From assembly GCA_963841565.1 (NCBI GenBank), contig CAWJCY010000002.1, forward strand, positions 1 through 64,000: a stretch of DNA of 64,000 bases. The letters run 5' to 3'. Position 1 is the first letter of the stretch; each line of letters begins with the position of its first letter. Source of the stretch: an uncultured Nitrososphaerales archaeon (lineage in GTDB: Archaea > Thermoproteota > Nitrososphaeria > Nitrososphaerales > Nitrososphaeraceae). Below, in pieces: positions 51,050 through 61,017 of this stretch. The translations under genes were made by a program, and so were the position numbers. The notes under the pieces were generated by a model, which saw only the letters and a list, made by a program, of their open reading frames with translations, was not told where the DNA came from and made no database searches.

Positions 51050-51410
51050 AAAGGATTCCAGACACAACTCTAGATATAGACATTTTTCTGCCCGTGCAGT
51101 CCAATAATTGATGCTTTGTGTTACCTCCGATTCAGTTATGGTATCTAACAAAAGAGCCGCCCAGAGGCCCTCCTATGCAAACAAAAATGATGCGATAAAG
51201 CAATATTGACTTATTTGTTATAGGGCGCTAGCGTGGCGGTAAATGGAGGCAAGGGGGGAAGATGTCATGTTATTTCGTGTCTCTACTTCCGTCAGTGTAA
51301 CGGACCCAATAGTATTGGCTGGTTCCTAGGCTGTTAGATAGATAAAAATATCTTCAAATCAGAAGACGGACTCACAATCTGAGCAATTAAAAGTAAAGAT
51401 ATGCAACGAA

Positions 51411-52931
51411 GTGCATCCCCCTTATATCGCTGATAAGGTATATTTTATCCGGATGATAGACGATATTCTTTGGCGGAAATTGGCAAACAAGGCATACACT
51501 GATCAATGGACACGTCTCATAAACTCAGTTGATGCTAGTCATTTTCAGGTCCATCCGTCAATGGTCTTTGTCCCTGATGACGTGACAGATGTAATCAACA
51601 TTTGTCAATATGCATATAGAAAAGAAATTCCATTAACTCCTAGAGGAGGTGGGACGGGTCTGCTTGGACAAGCGCTAACGCAGGGGATAGTAGTTGACAT
51701 TAGCAAACAGTTGAACAGGATTATCGAAATCGAAGAAAGTTATGTGGTGGTTGAACCCGGAGTCGTAAAGACAGTACTGGACATAGAGCTCAAGAAAAAG
51801 GGAAAGTTCTTCCCTCCCGATCCATCGAGCAGTAATTTTTGCACAATTGGGGGCATGATTGCCAACAATTCAAGTGGGGCTCACACATTAAGATATGGTA
51901 GTACTATTGATTACGTTGAAGAATTGGATGTTGTATACTCTGATGGATCCATGAGTACAATCGGTTCTTCAATACAGCCTGATCATCGTTGTGCGTCGCT
52001 ACTGCCAATAGTCTTGACAAAGCTGGGCCTAATCGGAGCATCTTACCCAGATACCTCAAAAAATTCCTCTGGATTTAGGTTGGATGCTTTGGTCCGAAAT
52101 GGATCATATTTTCCTCAAAGGGTTTTTGCAGGTGCAGAGGGTACGCTTGGTATAATAACCAAAGCCAAACTGAGGACAGTAGACATCCCACAGTTTGAGA
52201 TTCTCCTTGTGTGTGAATTTTTAGATTTGAAAGGCTTACTGCAATCTATCTCGAAAATACTATCCTTTCATCCTTCGGCTGTCGAGCTCTTAAGTTTCGG
52301 AAGCCTTCGCTCAGAGATGGTTCAGGATAGCGAGAGAGGCCTAACGGAATTCCCCACAATCTATGTGGAGTTCTGTGGAGAATCCATAACAAAACTAGAT
52401 CGACAGGTTGATCGATGTAGATCCTCCCTTCAACAGAGATGCATTTCTATAGAAACCTTGTCTGACGCGACTAGCTTTAATGCCGCATGGAAAGACAGAA
52501 GAAACTCATTAAATCATATACTGCGAATCAGTGACGGTAACAAGAAAGCTGTAGGAATTATTGAGGATACTATTGTTAATCCGTCCCTATTAGAAGAATA
52601 CATTCCATTCATTCAGAGAATTTATGATAAGTATATGTTAGACTATGTGATGTACGGTCATATTGGTAATGGGAATATTCACACAAGACCGCTAATAAAT
52701 GCACAGTCTGCTCAAGGTGAACAAGTCATTGAGCATCTTGCCGGTGAAGTTTTTTTGAAAGTGAAGGAGCTCAGAGGAAGCATAAGTGCGGAGCATGGGG
52801 ACGGGTTGGCGCGTTCTAGATACATTAAGGAAATGTTCGGTGTTGATACTCACCGGCTTTTCGTCCAAGTAAAGAAGGTTTTCGATAACAAAAACATTAT
52901 GAATCCAGGAAAAAAAGTGTTGCCCGCCTAA
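51411..52931 (+). CDS. FAD-linked oxidoreductase (GlcD/D-lactate dehydrogenase family)
   Basis: PRGGGTGL, PPDPSS, TIGGMIANN, GAEGTLG, GHIGNGNIH, AEHGDG, MNPGK. Confidence 0.92.
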   Translation: MHPPYIADKVYFIRMIDDILWRKLANKAYTDQWTRLINSVDASHFQVHPSMVFVPDDVTDVINICQYAYRKEIPLTPRGGGTGLLGQALTQGIVVDISKQLNRIIEIEESYVVVEPGVVKTVLDIELKKKGKFFPPDPSSSNFCTIGGMIANNSSGAHTLRYGSTIDYVEELDVVYSDGSMSTIGSSIQPDHRCASLLPIVLTKLGLIGASYPDTSKNSSGFRLDALVRNGSYFPQRVFAGAEGTLGIITKAKLRTVDIPQFEILLVCEFLDLKGLLQSISKILSFHPSAVELLSFGSLRSEMVQDSERGLTEFPTIYVEFCGESITKLDRQVDRCRSSLQQRCISIETLSDATSFNAAWKDRRNSLNHILRISDGNKKAVGIIEDTIVNPSLLEEYIPFIQRIYDKYMLDYVMYGHIGNGNIHTRPLINAQSAQGEQVIEHLAGEVFLKVKELRGSISAEHGDGLARSRYIKEMFGVDTHRLFVQVKKVFDNKNIMNPGKKVLPA

Positions 52932-52996
52932 TAATGGAATTTGAGCAAATTTTCAAGAGGATTTTATTATCCTTCCTAAAGTTAGATTGCGTGATA

Positions 52997-53626
52997 TCAC
53001 CTTGGAAGAAATTCAATCTTCAAGTCAGATGAAAACCTAGTAGCAGTGTATCTCCAAGGTCTATCTATGGCTTTTGATACCCCTATCCTTGTGCTTGCTA
53101 TAAAGTCGGCGATATCCAGCCCATGATGGATAGTGATAAGGGAGGTCTCTTTAGTAACGTCCAAGCCATTGTCAGCCAGCGTTATTGACATAGCCTCTGT
53201 AATTCGACCAGGACCCGTTGTCAAATTTTTAGAATACTTTCTATTCTTGCTCATCATATCTTGTCCCGCCAAGGGCAGAATGGATCGTATTAGTACTGCA
53301 CCAGCTTCGGTATCGTTCTTTCTTGCGGTGACGTTAGCACAAAAGTGCCTACCATAAACAAAATATACATATAAACAGCCCACATCCCCGAACATGACAG
53401 AGTTCCTTGGCCTAAGACCACTGAACGCATGACTAGCAGGGTCATCACTGTAACCATAAGCTTCAGTTTCTGTGATGTAACCAGCTAACCTTAAGATACG
53501 ACCAGGTAATGCCAATTTCCGTACAAGGATCTTCCCCAAAAGTGATTTTGCTACCTCAGTGGTATCCTTCTCGTAGAAAGTACGTTCTAAGCAAGCTATT
53601 ACATGATTGAGAAATTCGATCGTCAT
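52997..53626 (-). CDS. mpg: DNA-3-methyladenine glycosylase (AAG/MPG family)
   Basis: ITETEAY, DPASHA, YVYFVYG, AVLIR, GPGR, RIGVS. Confidence 0.93.
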   Translation of the reverse strand: MTIEFLNHVIACLERTFYEKDTTEVAKSLLGKILVRKLALPGRILRLAGYITETEAYGYSDDPASHAFSGLRPRNSVMFGDVGCLYVYFVYGRHFCANVTARKNDTEAGAVLIRSILPLAGQDMMSKNRKYSKNLTTGPGRITEAMSITLADNGLDVTKETSLITIHHGLDIADFIASTRIGVSKAIDRPWRYTATRFSSDLKIEFLPR

Positions 53627-53680
53627 AAGTGCATGGTTACTTCCTGTTTCGAAAGAACAAGCTTAAAAAATCTTCGAAGA

Positions 53681-54580
53681 CTAAAGCTGTGTTAATGTTC
53701 GGTAGAGGTGAAATCTTTTGCTAATTTCTTCGTTGTCGATGTTAAGAAGTCTGGTTAGACCAAAATCTTCTACTGCAAATGAACCCATGACGTTACCGTA
53801 AACCACTGCTGATCTAAATTCTTTTACGCCGTTAGTCTCAATTGAGGCCAAGTGCCCCATAAATCCTCCAGCAAAGGAATCACCGGCTCCAGTAGGATCG
53901 ACGATCTCTTCCAGGGGATAAGCAGGAGCAACAAATAGCATGTCTGATCGCACCAAAACCGAGCCGTGTTCCCCCTTTTTGACGATAACAAATTCTGGAC
54001 CCCATGACAGTATCTCTTTAGCGCATTTAATTAGGTTTGACATGCCACAAAGCATTCTGGCTTCTTGATCGTTAATAATAACACCATGTACCATTCCGAA
54101 CATTTTCTTCACTGCATCGGGCTTTGTTTGAATCCAAAATTCTATGGTATCACAAACTACCAACTTTGGATTTGTGAATTGTTTGAGCATCTTGATGTTC
54201 TGGATAGGATCGTTGTTCGCCAAATAGACATACTGTGAAGTCTTAAGTAGATCTGGAACCGACGGTTCGTATTCTGCGATTACGTTTAGCTCCGTCTTGT
54301 TAGTAGTCCTGTGTGAAAGATCGTAATTAAATGAAGAATCGTATCTAAATGTTCTTTTACCAGATTTCGTCTCCAATCCTGATGTTCCAACTTTTGATCT
54401 CAAGATCTCCAGGTATTTTTCTGGAAAATCAGATCCGATTACCCCCAGAATTTCTGTTTCGACAAACTTGCTAGAGGCAAGAGTTGCATAAGTAGCAGCG
54501 CCTCCCATTATTTCCACTTCCGTTCTAAATGGAGTTCTAGTGGTGTCCAATGCAAGACTTCCAAAAACTGTTAAGCGCAT
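53681..54580 (-). CDS. PfkB family carbohydrate/nucleoside kinase
   Basis: GSLALD, GGAATY, KKGEHG, DPTGAGDSFAGG. Confidence 0.92.
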   Translation of the reverse strand: MRLTVFGSLALDTTRTPFRTEVEIMGGAATYATLASSKFVETEILGVIGSDFPEKYLEILRSKVGTSGLETKSGKRTFRYDSSFNYDLSHRTTNKTELNVIAEYEPSVPDLLKTSQYVYLANNDPIQNIKMLKQFTNPKLVVCDTIEFWIQTKPDAVKKMFGMVHGVIINDQEARMLCGMSNLIKCAKEILSWGPEFVIVKKGEHGSVLVRSDMLFVAPAYPLEEIVDPTGAGDSFAGGFMGHLASIETNGVKEFRSAVVYGNVMGSFAVEDFGLTRLLNIDNEEISKRFHLYRTLTQL

Positions 54581-54675
54581 CCGTGGAACTCTCTTAGTTA
54601 AAAGTACATTAATTTGTTTTTGTTACTGTTAGGTCATCAGGAATAAATAGGAATTGGCTTTTACTAAGGTGGAAT

Positions 54676-55248
54676 ATGAAATTCATAGTAGGGATCACCG
54701 GAGGCTCTGGAGTTATTTATGGGATAAAATTTCTAGAGGCACTTTTTGAGTTGAATATTGAAAGTCATTTGATTATCAGTGAATGGGGCGAAAAAACCAT
54801 TAGGATTGAAACGAATTTCACCACTAAGTACGTTAAATCACTTGCATCTGTAAATTACGATCCTCTTAATATGGCATCGGAAATATCCAGCGGGTCGTTT
54901 ATCTCAGATGGCATGGTGATAATACCTTGTAGCATGAAAACGTTGTCAAGCATAGCGAATGGCTATGATGACAATCTAATTTCACGTGCTGCAGACGTTT
55001 GTTTGAAAGAGTCACGGAGATTGGTGATAGTTCCGCGCGAAACGCCACTATCCAGAATTCATCTTTTAAACATGCTTCGACTGAATAAGGCGGGTGCCGT
55101 ATTGCTACCTGCCATGCCCGGTTTCTACCATAAACCTGAATCTGTCGACGATCTAGTGAACCACATCGTAGGAAAGGTCCTAGATCAATTCCGTATTCCA
55201 AATACCGTCTTCAGGCGATGGGCACAAAGCCTTGATAGAACGAAATAG
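54676..55248 (+). CDS. ubiX: Flavin prenyltransferase
   Basis: GITGGSG, SSGS, PCSMKTL, RAADV.LKE, RETP, PGFY. Confidence 0.95.
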   Translation: MKFIVGITGGSGVIYGIKFLEALFELNIESHLIISEWGEKTIRIETNFTTKYVKSLASVNYDPLNMASEISSGSFISDGMVIIPCSMKTLSSIANGYDDNLISRAADVCLKESRRLVIVPRETPLSRIHLLNMLRLNKAGAVLLPAMPGFYHKPESVDDLVNHIVGKVLDQFRIPNTVFRRWAQSLDRTK

Positions 55249-55317
55249 ATACCCACCGTTCCAATATTCAGAAGCAGGAGCTGAATAAGGGTTCGGCCTA
55301 AATGTTGAAGTCCTGAC

Positions 55318-55962
55318 CTAAATCTCAGCTGAATTTAGCTGTTCTCCCCACAGAGACAGTTTTTCTTGTTTTAATTTTCGTCTGTAGTTCTGCAACATTG
55401 TATAAACATTCTTGTGAGAACTTCCTTTCAATAATAGAATTATAGCCTCAACTGCTACCTTAATGGCCTCAAAAATTCCAATAAAACCAACGGTGTGTCC
55501 GTAGACTGAAACATCGGCCCCGCTTAGCTCTTCGATGGTACGTCTAGACTTTCCACCTTCACCGATGATTCTGCCCTTTAATCTGCGTATTGAACTCTGC
55601 GAGTTCCCTACATAGTCCCTCATATCAAGCAGCTGAAAAACAACGTCTTCATGGAGCAATTTGAAGGCCCTCTCTGGTGAAAAGCCTCTGGCAATCGCAG
55701 AGATTATCTCAAGCCCTTTGAAAGGATTTCCTTCACGTAGAGACCCGGAGTCGTATCCAACAATCACATTTCCGGTCTCACTCTCAATCTCAACGTTAAC
55801 CCTACATTCCTGTTTTATTCTTTCTACGACTGCGCCTTTCTTTCCTATCAGGACCCCTATCCTTTCTCCGGGAACCTTGATTAACTGTTGGGAGACTTCT
55901 GGTCCATATTTAGACGTTCCCAAGTTATCTTCTAAGCTCAATCCTGGTATTTCCCTGTTCAT
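55318..55962 (-). CDS. KH-domain pre-rRNA processing protein (Dim2/Pno1)
   Basis: RIGVLIGKKG, ARGFSPE, KGRIIGEGGK, GSSHKNVY. Confidence 0.92.
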   Translation of the reverse strand: MNREIPGLSLEDNLGTSKYGPEVSQQLIKVPGERIGVLIGKKGAVVERIKQECRVNVEIESETGNVIVGYDSGSLREGNPFKGLEIISAIARGFSPERAFKLLHEDVVFQLLDMRDYVGNSQSSIRRLKGRIIGEGGKSRRTIEELSGADVSVYGHTVGFIGIFEAIKVAVEAIILLLKGSSHKNVYTMLQNYRRKLKQEKLSLWGEQLNSAEI

Positions 55963-56038
55963 TCATTTGGATAAGTTAGATATATTAAAGTAACAGCCTT
56001 GAAAATTCAAAAAATTCAAAAAAAGTCGAACAACAATT

Positions 56039-56383
56039 CTACCTGTGGTAGAACTTGAAAATCATTAAGAATGGGATGCCGCAGATTCGTTTCACACTAA
56101 CCTCTCGTGCTAGTCCCATAGAAATGGCCATCGCGACTATCCTCTCGCCAACAAGATTGGCAACAGAGCACTTGTTAAGAAGGTAAGCGGCTTTCTCCTT
56201 TTCAATTACTTCTTCCTGAAAATAATCTCGCGACAAGGAAATGACGATTTCTCCCTGAGTTAATGTTTTACCAACCAGATCTGCATCGCAGACGCTTATC
56301 ATTAGGGAGTCACTATATTTTGTCGTTCTGGCGGCATAAATTTGGCTATCTCCGCGCATTGAATTCATGTATGAAAGTCCCAT
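56039..56383 (-). CDS. DUF424 family protein
   Basis: VCDADLVGK, ANLVGE, ICGIPF. Confidence 0.85.
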   Translation of the reverse strand: MGLSYMNSMRGDSQIYAARTTKYSDSLMISVCDADLVGKTLTQGEIVISLSRDYFQEEVIEKEKAAYLLNKCSVANLVGERIVAMAISMGLAREVSVKRICGIPFLMIFKFYHR

Positions 56384-56552
56384 GTTAATAAATCAACTAT
56401 GACATATTTGCATAAACCAGTCTGAAAATGAAGTGAAGATTTCAATGTCGTCGATTTTTCCGTTTCATGTTTAGATGTTATTTTCTCAGATCTCTTATTG
56501 ATCAGATTAATTAGGAGGTTCAACCTTCTTGTAACTTGTACGTGCCCTCTAA

Positions 56553-57734
56553 ATGCCAGATGTAATCGGTAAGAGTAAAGGATATCGAAAGAGTTTGCTT
56601 TCATCCTCAGAGGAAATCATAAAGAGACCCGGATCACATAACAAGATTCTTGTCCTTTGTGTTGATAGAGATGACGACATAGGCTCTAAGGGAGGTCTGC
56701 AGACGCCTATTGTTGGACGAAGTTCATGTATAAATGCAGGGATACGCTTGGCAATCGAAGACCCTGAAGATCCTGATGCAAATGCTATCTTTGGAGCAGT
56801 GAAAACGTATGAAGAGTTGATATCTAAGGGACATAATGCCGAGGTCGCACTGGTAGCTGGAAGATATGAGAGAGGGATAGAGGCTGATGAAAAGATCTAT
56901 TCAGAAGTTCAACTAATTATTAATTCGTACCAAGCAGACGCGGTTGTTTTGGTATCTGACGGAGAAGATGACGAAGCAGTAGTCCCTGTTTTGCAAACAC
57001 TAGTGCCTATTATTTCACTGCAACGGATAATAATTAAGCATAGCAGGAGTGTGGAGTATTCATACGCGGTTCTAGGCAGATATATAAAAATGCTAGTGTA
57101 TGATCCAAGATATTCCAAATTCTTTTTGGGTGTTCCCGGAGCGCTGTTGGTTGCGACGGGGGTCGCTACTGTTTTTGGGCTTACCAAGGAAGCAGTTGCC
57201 CTTGCCTTAAGCATTCTTGGCATTGCCTTCATCATGCGAGCCTTTGATTTAGATAAAGCAATCGGGTCGTTAGGCAGGCCTACACCTTCTGGTTTCATTA
57301 GAATATTTTCGGTTTTCTCAGGAATACTCATAATTCTGGTTGCAATAGTAAATGGATTTTCAAGCATTCCCTCTAATTTAATCGAACCTAATTCCGGCAT
57401 CACTGCAATAATTACGAATAGGATGATAGTTGGGTCTTTTATCCAAGGCACAATTACGCTCCTGTGGATAGGTATTGCTACTATATTTGTTGGTTCGCTG
57501 CTCAGCAATTGGTTCAAAGGTAGTATCAGGACAATGTCAGATATTCTCAGATTGGTAGTCCTGGCGTTGCTTTATATACCAGTCCTTCAGTTCACTTCGA
57601 TTCTTACCGGGAGAGCAAATCCCTTTAGTCTGATATCATCTATCCTGATTGGTTTGGCAGTTACACTTGTCGCGGCTACATTTTTGTTCCAGTACTTTAG
57701 AAATAGAAAGGGCGGAGAAGTCCTGAAACACTAG
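56553..57734 (+). CDS. DUF373 family membrane protein
   Basis: LCVDRDDDIG, DPEDPDAN, VSDGEDDE, FFLGVPG. Confidence 0.88.
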   Translation: MPDVIGKSKGYRKSLLSSSEEIIKRPGSHNKILVLCVDRDDDIGSKGGLQTPIVGRSSCINAGIRLAIEDPEDPDANAIFGAVKTYEELISKGHNAEVALVAGRYERGIEADEKIYSEVQLIINSYQADAVVLVSDGEDDEAVVPVLQTLVPIISLQRIIIKHSRSVEYSYAVLGRYIKMLVYDPRYSKFFLGVPGALLVATGVATVFGLTKEAVALALSILGIAFIMRAFDLDKAIGSLGRPTPSGFIRIFSVFSGILIILVAIVNGFSSIPSNLIEPNSGITAIITNRMIVGSFIQGTITLLWIGIATIFVGSLLSNWFKGSIRTMSDILRLVVLALLYIPVLQFTSILTGRANPFSLISSILIGLAVTLVAATFLFQYFRNRKGGEVLKH

Positions 57735-57806
57735 GCTCACTGATCCTAAATTAGGTCCAAACAATAAAATCGCAGTTGAGGCTTTCGCCTGTTTGGATAG
57801 GCTCCA

Positions 57807-58616
57807 ATGCAGACAATTGAGAACGGGAAGGCATTTGCTGAGACTCTTCTCCAACTGAGCGGGCTATACCAATATTATGAGAGAAAACTTCAATCACACA
57901 TTTTGCATAATCCGTTACCAAATCACGTCGCGATAATTCTGGATGGAAACAGGCGTTGGGCGAGACTAAATCTCTTAAATGTTGATAAAGGACATTTTGT
58001 GGGCGCAGACAAGGCCGAAGAGCTTCTCAACTGGATCCATGACATTGGTATTCGAATTACTACCCTCTATATCCTCTCTACTGAAAACCTCAATAGAGAT
58101 GATGAAGAAATAAACAATATTTATGACCTACTTTGTATAAAATTGCAAAGGCTCTACAACGATTCGCGTATTCATAAAAGAAGAATGAAGATAAAGGCCA
58201 TTGGGAACGTAAAGCTAGTGCCCCCCAAGCTACAAAAGATACTATACGAGTTAGAAAAAGCAACCTGTGAATATGACACGATGTTTTTAAATATAGCCGT
58301 GGCCTACGGCGGTCAAAAGGAGCTTGTTGATGCGATTAGGCGAATAGCTGGAATGGCCGTCTCAGGTGAAATTAGAGTGGGGGATATCAACGAAAAAACG
58401 ATTGAATCTTGCCTCTATACTTCCCACTTACCGCAACCAGAGCCTGATCTCGTTCTACGGACCTCTGGAGAAAAGCGTCTCAGCGGCTTCCTGTTATGGC
58501 AGAGCGCATATAGCGAGATCGTATTCATGGATGTTTTCTGGCCTCAATTCAGGAAGATCGACTTTATGAGAGCAATTAGAATTTATCAGAACAGAGTAAG
58601 AAAATATGGTCTTTAG
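57807..58616 (+). CDS. uppS: cis-prenyltransferase (polyprenyl diphosphate synthase)
   Basis: HVAIILDGNRRWA, STEN, AYGG, RTSGEKRLSGFLLWQ. Confidence 0.95.
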   Translation: MQTIENGKAFAETLLQLSGLYQYYERKLQSHILHNPLPNHVAIILDGNRRWARLNLLNVDKGHFVGADKAEELLNWIHDIGIRITTLYILSTENLNRDDEEINNIYDLLCIKLQRLYNDSRIHKRRMKIKAIGNVKLVPPKLQKILYELEKATCEYDTMFLNIAVAYGGQKELVDAIRRIAGMAVSGEIRVGDINEKTIESCLYTSHLPQPEPDLVLRTSGEKRLSGFLLWQSAYSEIVFMDVFWPQFRKIDFMRAIRIYQNRVRKYGL

Positions 58617-58814
58617 AAAATTATGCTATTTGTATTGTCAGGTAACATTTGATTTTATGGATAAATGTTGCATCGATTCCAAACTGCCAAATGAAATATA
58701 TCGTAGGCGAAGAATGGATCTCCTTCGTCAGCGTAGCGGTTGGCGTAGTGAACAGAGTAACTTCTGCAGGCTGAGACTTGGACGATTGTTCGCTGGTCAT
58801 GAACGTTCCAAAAA

Positions 58815-59243
58815 ATGATTAAGGAGCATTCAGCGGGAGCAGTTCTTTATCGATACTTGACAAATGTTGAACGAAAGTTTTTGTTGCTGCACTATTCTTC
58901 AGGTCATTGGGACTTCCCGAAAGGTAATATAGAAACAGGGGAGACTGAAGTAGATACTGTCATTAGGGAAATTTTCGAAGAGACTGGAATAACCGACTTG
59001 AAATTCGTAGAAGGATTTATCCAACCAATATTTTATAATTATAGACGAGATGGAAATTTGGTGCAAAAGAAGGTCAGCTTTTACCTTGCCCAAACGCTAA
59101 CCAGAAATATCAAGCTCTCAAATGAACATCAGGATTTTCTCTGGGCGGATTATCCTTCAGCTTTATCGGCTCTAACTTACAGATCGGCTAGAGATATTCT
59201 CATCTTAGCAAACAAGTTTGTCAAGGGCAGGCAGGCATTATGA
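58815..59243 (+). CDS. NUDIX hydrolase (Ap4A hydrolase-like)
   Basis: SAGAV, HWDFPKG..E.GE......REIFEETG, LSNEH. Confidence 0.9.
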   Translation: MIKEHSAGAVLYRYLTNVERKFLLLHYSSGHWDFPKGNIETGETEVDTVIREIFEETGITDLKFVEGFIQPIFYNYRRDGNLVQKKVSFYLAQTLTRNIKLSNEHQDFLWADYPSALSALTYRSARDILILANKFVKGRQAL

Positions 59244-59251
59244 ACATGGCA

Positions 59252-60013
59252 CTAACATTTTCTTAGACTATCCTGGAGGAAACCCAGGGTCTTCAATGGT
59301 TCTGCACTCTGAATTATGCTTCTCCCAACGATAAAATAATCTACCCCATACGTCGAGGCTTCCGATATGCTACCCCCCTGACGACCTATTCCTGGAGAGA
59401 AAATCGGTGCTGGTTTTGCTGATGCAACTTCCCTTATTATGTTGTGCCTTGTAGCTCCTACAACCAATCCATCCACCCTTGCTTCCTTGGCATACCTCAA
59501 AAGTATTTTATATAATGGCACTTTTCTATTTCCATTCTCTTCAGACTTATCATAGACTTGGATTCCGTACGTTTGGGAGGCGCCCGGATGGCTCATGTAG
59601 ATTAGCGCTAAAATGCCTGCACCTAGTGAGTGGGCTTTTTTTGCTAATTCAATTATCTCCAATCTGCCGATAATGGGATTCACTATTACTGCGTCAAAAC
59701 CCTCTTCAATTAGGCATTTCAAGGCTATCTCATTGGTCGAAGGGATATCATTAAGTTTAATGTCCGCTATTACTTGTATACCAAATGAATGGCACAACTG
59801 TATTATTTTAGTCATTTCATCTTGACCTAGAGGTACGATTACATGAAGGTTAAATTTGATGGCGCAAATGCCAGATTCTAGGAGATCGATAGTTTCAAAC
59901 AAATATTTGGATAGGTCATTTTTTTGGATGGGATCGAGTGCCAAGATAATGTTACTTTGCTTTTTCTTGGAAGATTTCCAAATCCGAGAGGAGAAATCAT
60001 CAACTGAACTCAA
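59252..60013 (-). CDS. pyrF: Orotidine-5'-phosphate decarboxylase
   Basis: ILALD, DIKLNDIPST, VVGAT, SPGIG.QGG, IVGRSI. Confidence 0.93.
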   Translation of the reverse strand: MSSVDDFSSRIWKSSKKKQSNIILALDPIQKNDLSKYLFETIDLLESGICAIKFNLHVIVPLGQDEMTKIIQLCHSFGIQVIADIKLNDIPSTNEIALKCLIEEGFDAVIVNPIIGRLEIIELAKKAHSLGAGILALIYMSHPGASQTYGIQVYDKSEENGNRKVPLYKILLRYAKEARVDGLVVGATRHNIIREVASAKPAPIFSPGIGRQGGSISEASTYGVDYFIVGRSIIQSAEPLKTLGFLQDSLRKC

Positions 60014-60704
60014 AGGATCTCACTAATGGATGGGGTTTTGCAAGTCGTATCAATTTGAGGTATATATAGCCGTGTTCATCAATTCTGTTGTAAAATGAGG
60101 TAGCCTCGGATTTCTGGCTTGAATATCTTAGGAATGATGCTGCTGGACTTTCATCCAAAACTACATAATAGAAATAAGAGAAAGTGTCGCTCTCACTTAC
60201 GCTCATCGGCGCTCCTATGATGTACTTTATTTGACCTTCGATTTTTTGTTCAAATACCAAAAGAGGTAAGGGTGGTTCTTCATAGATGGTCTTGTAGGCA
60301 CACACCTTGGACAAACTTGCAAGATCCGCCAGTCTGATCGCTATATACTCAAACGTAGAAGTGACCTTGCTTGACCTCGAAAAACTTTTGGGAGATTTAT
60401 CGATCTTCACAATTGGAGAATAGACAAAAGTGGGATTGGATACATAATCGACCAGTGTTACCTCTTCCGCTTCACCTACAATTCGATACGCTAAATACTC
60501 CCCCACCCTCCCAAACTCATTCTTGACAAAGAATATGACAGGTCTCCCATTCACAAAATCGACCTGTACTGCCAAGGCTGGAGCTCCATTCAGCGAAAGG
60601 GCAAACGACGGGAGAGGTACACGTTCCAGAGCACAAACAAGCCTGCCAAAGTCCCTCAACCCAGAAAGCTCAACATACCATGGAGATTTTATCCGCAATT
60701 TCAA
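60000..60704 (-). CDS. Conserved hypothetical protein
   Basis: 234-aa ORF overlapping the pyrF start. Confidence 0.78.
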   Translation of the reverse strand: MKLRIKSPWYVELSGLRDFGRLVCALERVPLPSFALSLNGAPALAVQVDFVNGRPVIFFVKNEFGRVGEYLAYRIVGEAEEVTLVDYVSNPTFVYSPIVKIDKSPKSFSRSSKVTSTFEYIAIRLADLASLSKVCAYKTIYEEPPLPLLVFEQKIEGQIKYIIGAPMSVSESDTFSYFYYVVLDESPAASFLRYSSQKSEATSFYNRIDEHGYIYLKLIRLAKPHPLVRSFEFS

Positions 60705-61017
60705 ATAGATTCATCAGAGATCCTATTAAAAGCATGTGAAAAAAATACACGATGCTTCCATACGGGATACTTAAAAATGTCAGGATGAGCTATTCTATTT
60801 TTAATTGATGGTATTGCCTTTCGACAACATGGCTCGACAATATTTAGGTCGCCAAGTTCAAGTAGCCGGGTTCTTGTCGGTTTGAGGATATTAACGCTAC
60901 AGATTTGATAGGTGAATTAAGCTTCTCTTCCTCCCTCTATCAAATTAAACCGCAAAACCAAGTGCTTGGACCTTAACAATGAATGAGATTTGGTTCGACT
61001 TGATTTGGATTGAACTA

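Noticed and set aside
58700-58800. GC-rich hairpins or small ORF between uppS and the NUDIX gene
   Set aside because: Stems are short and imperfect and the ORFs have no recognisable features.
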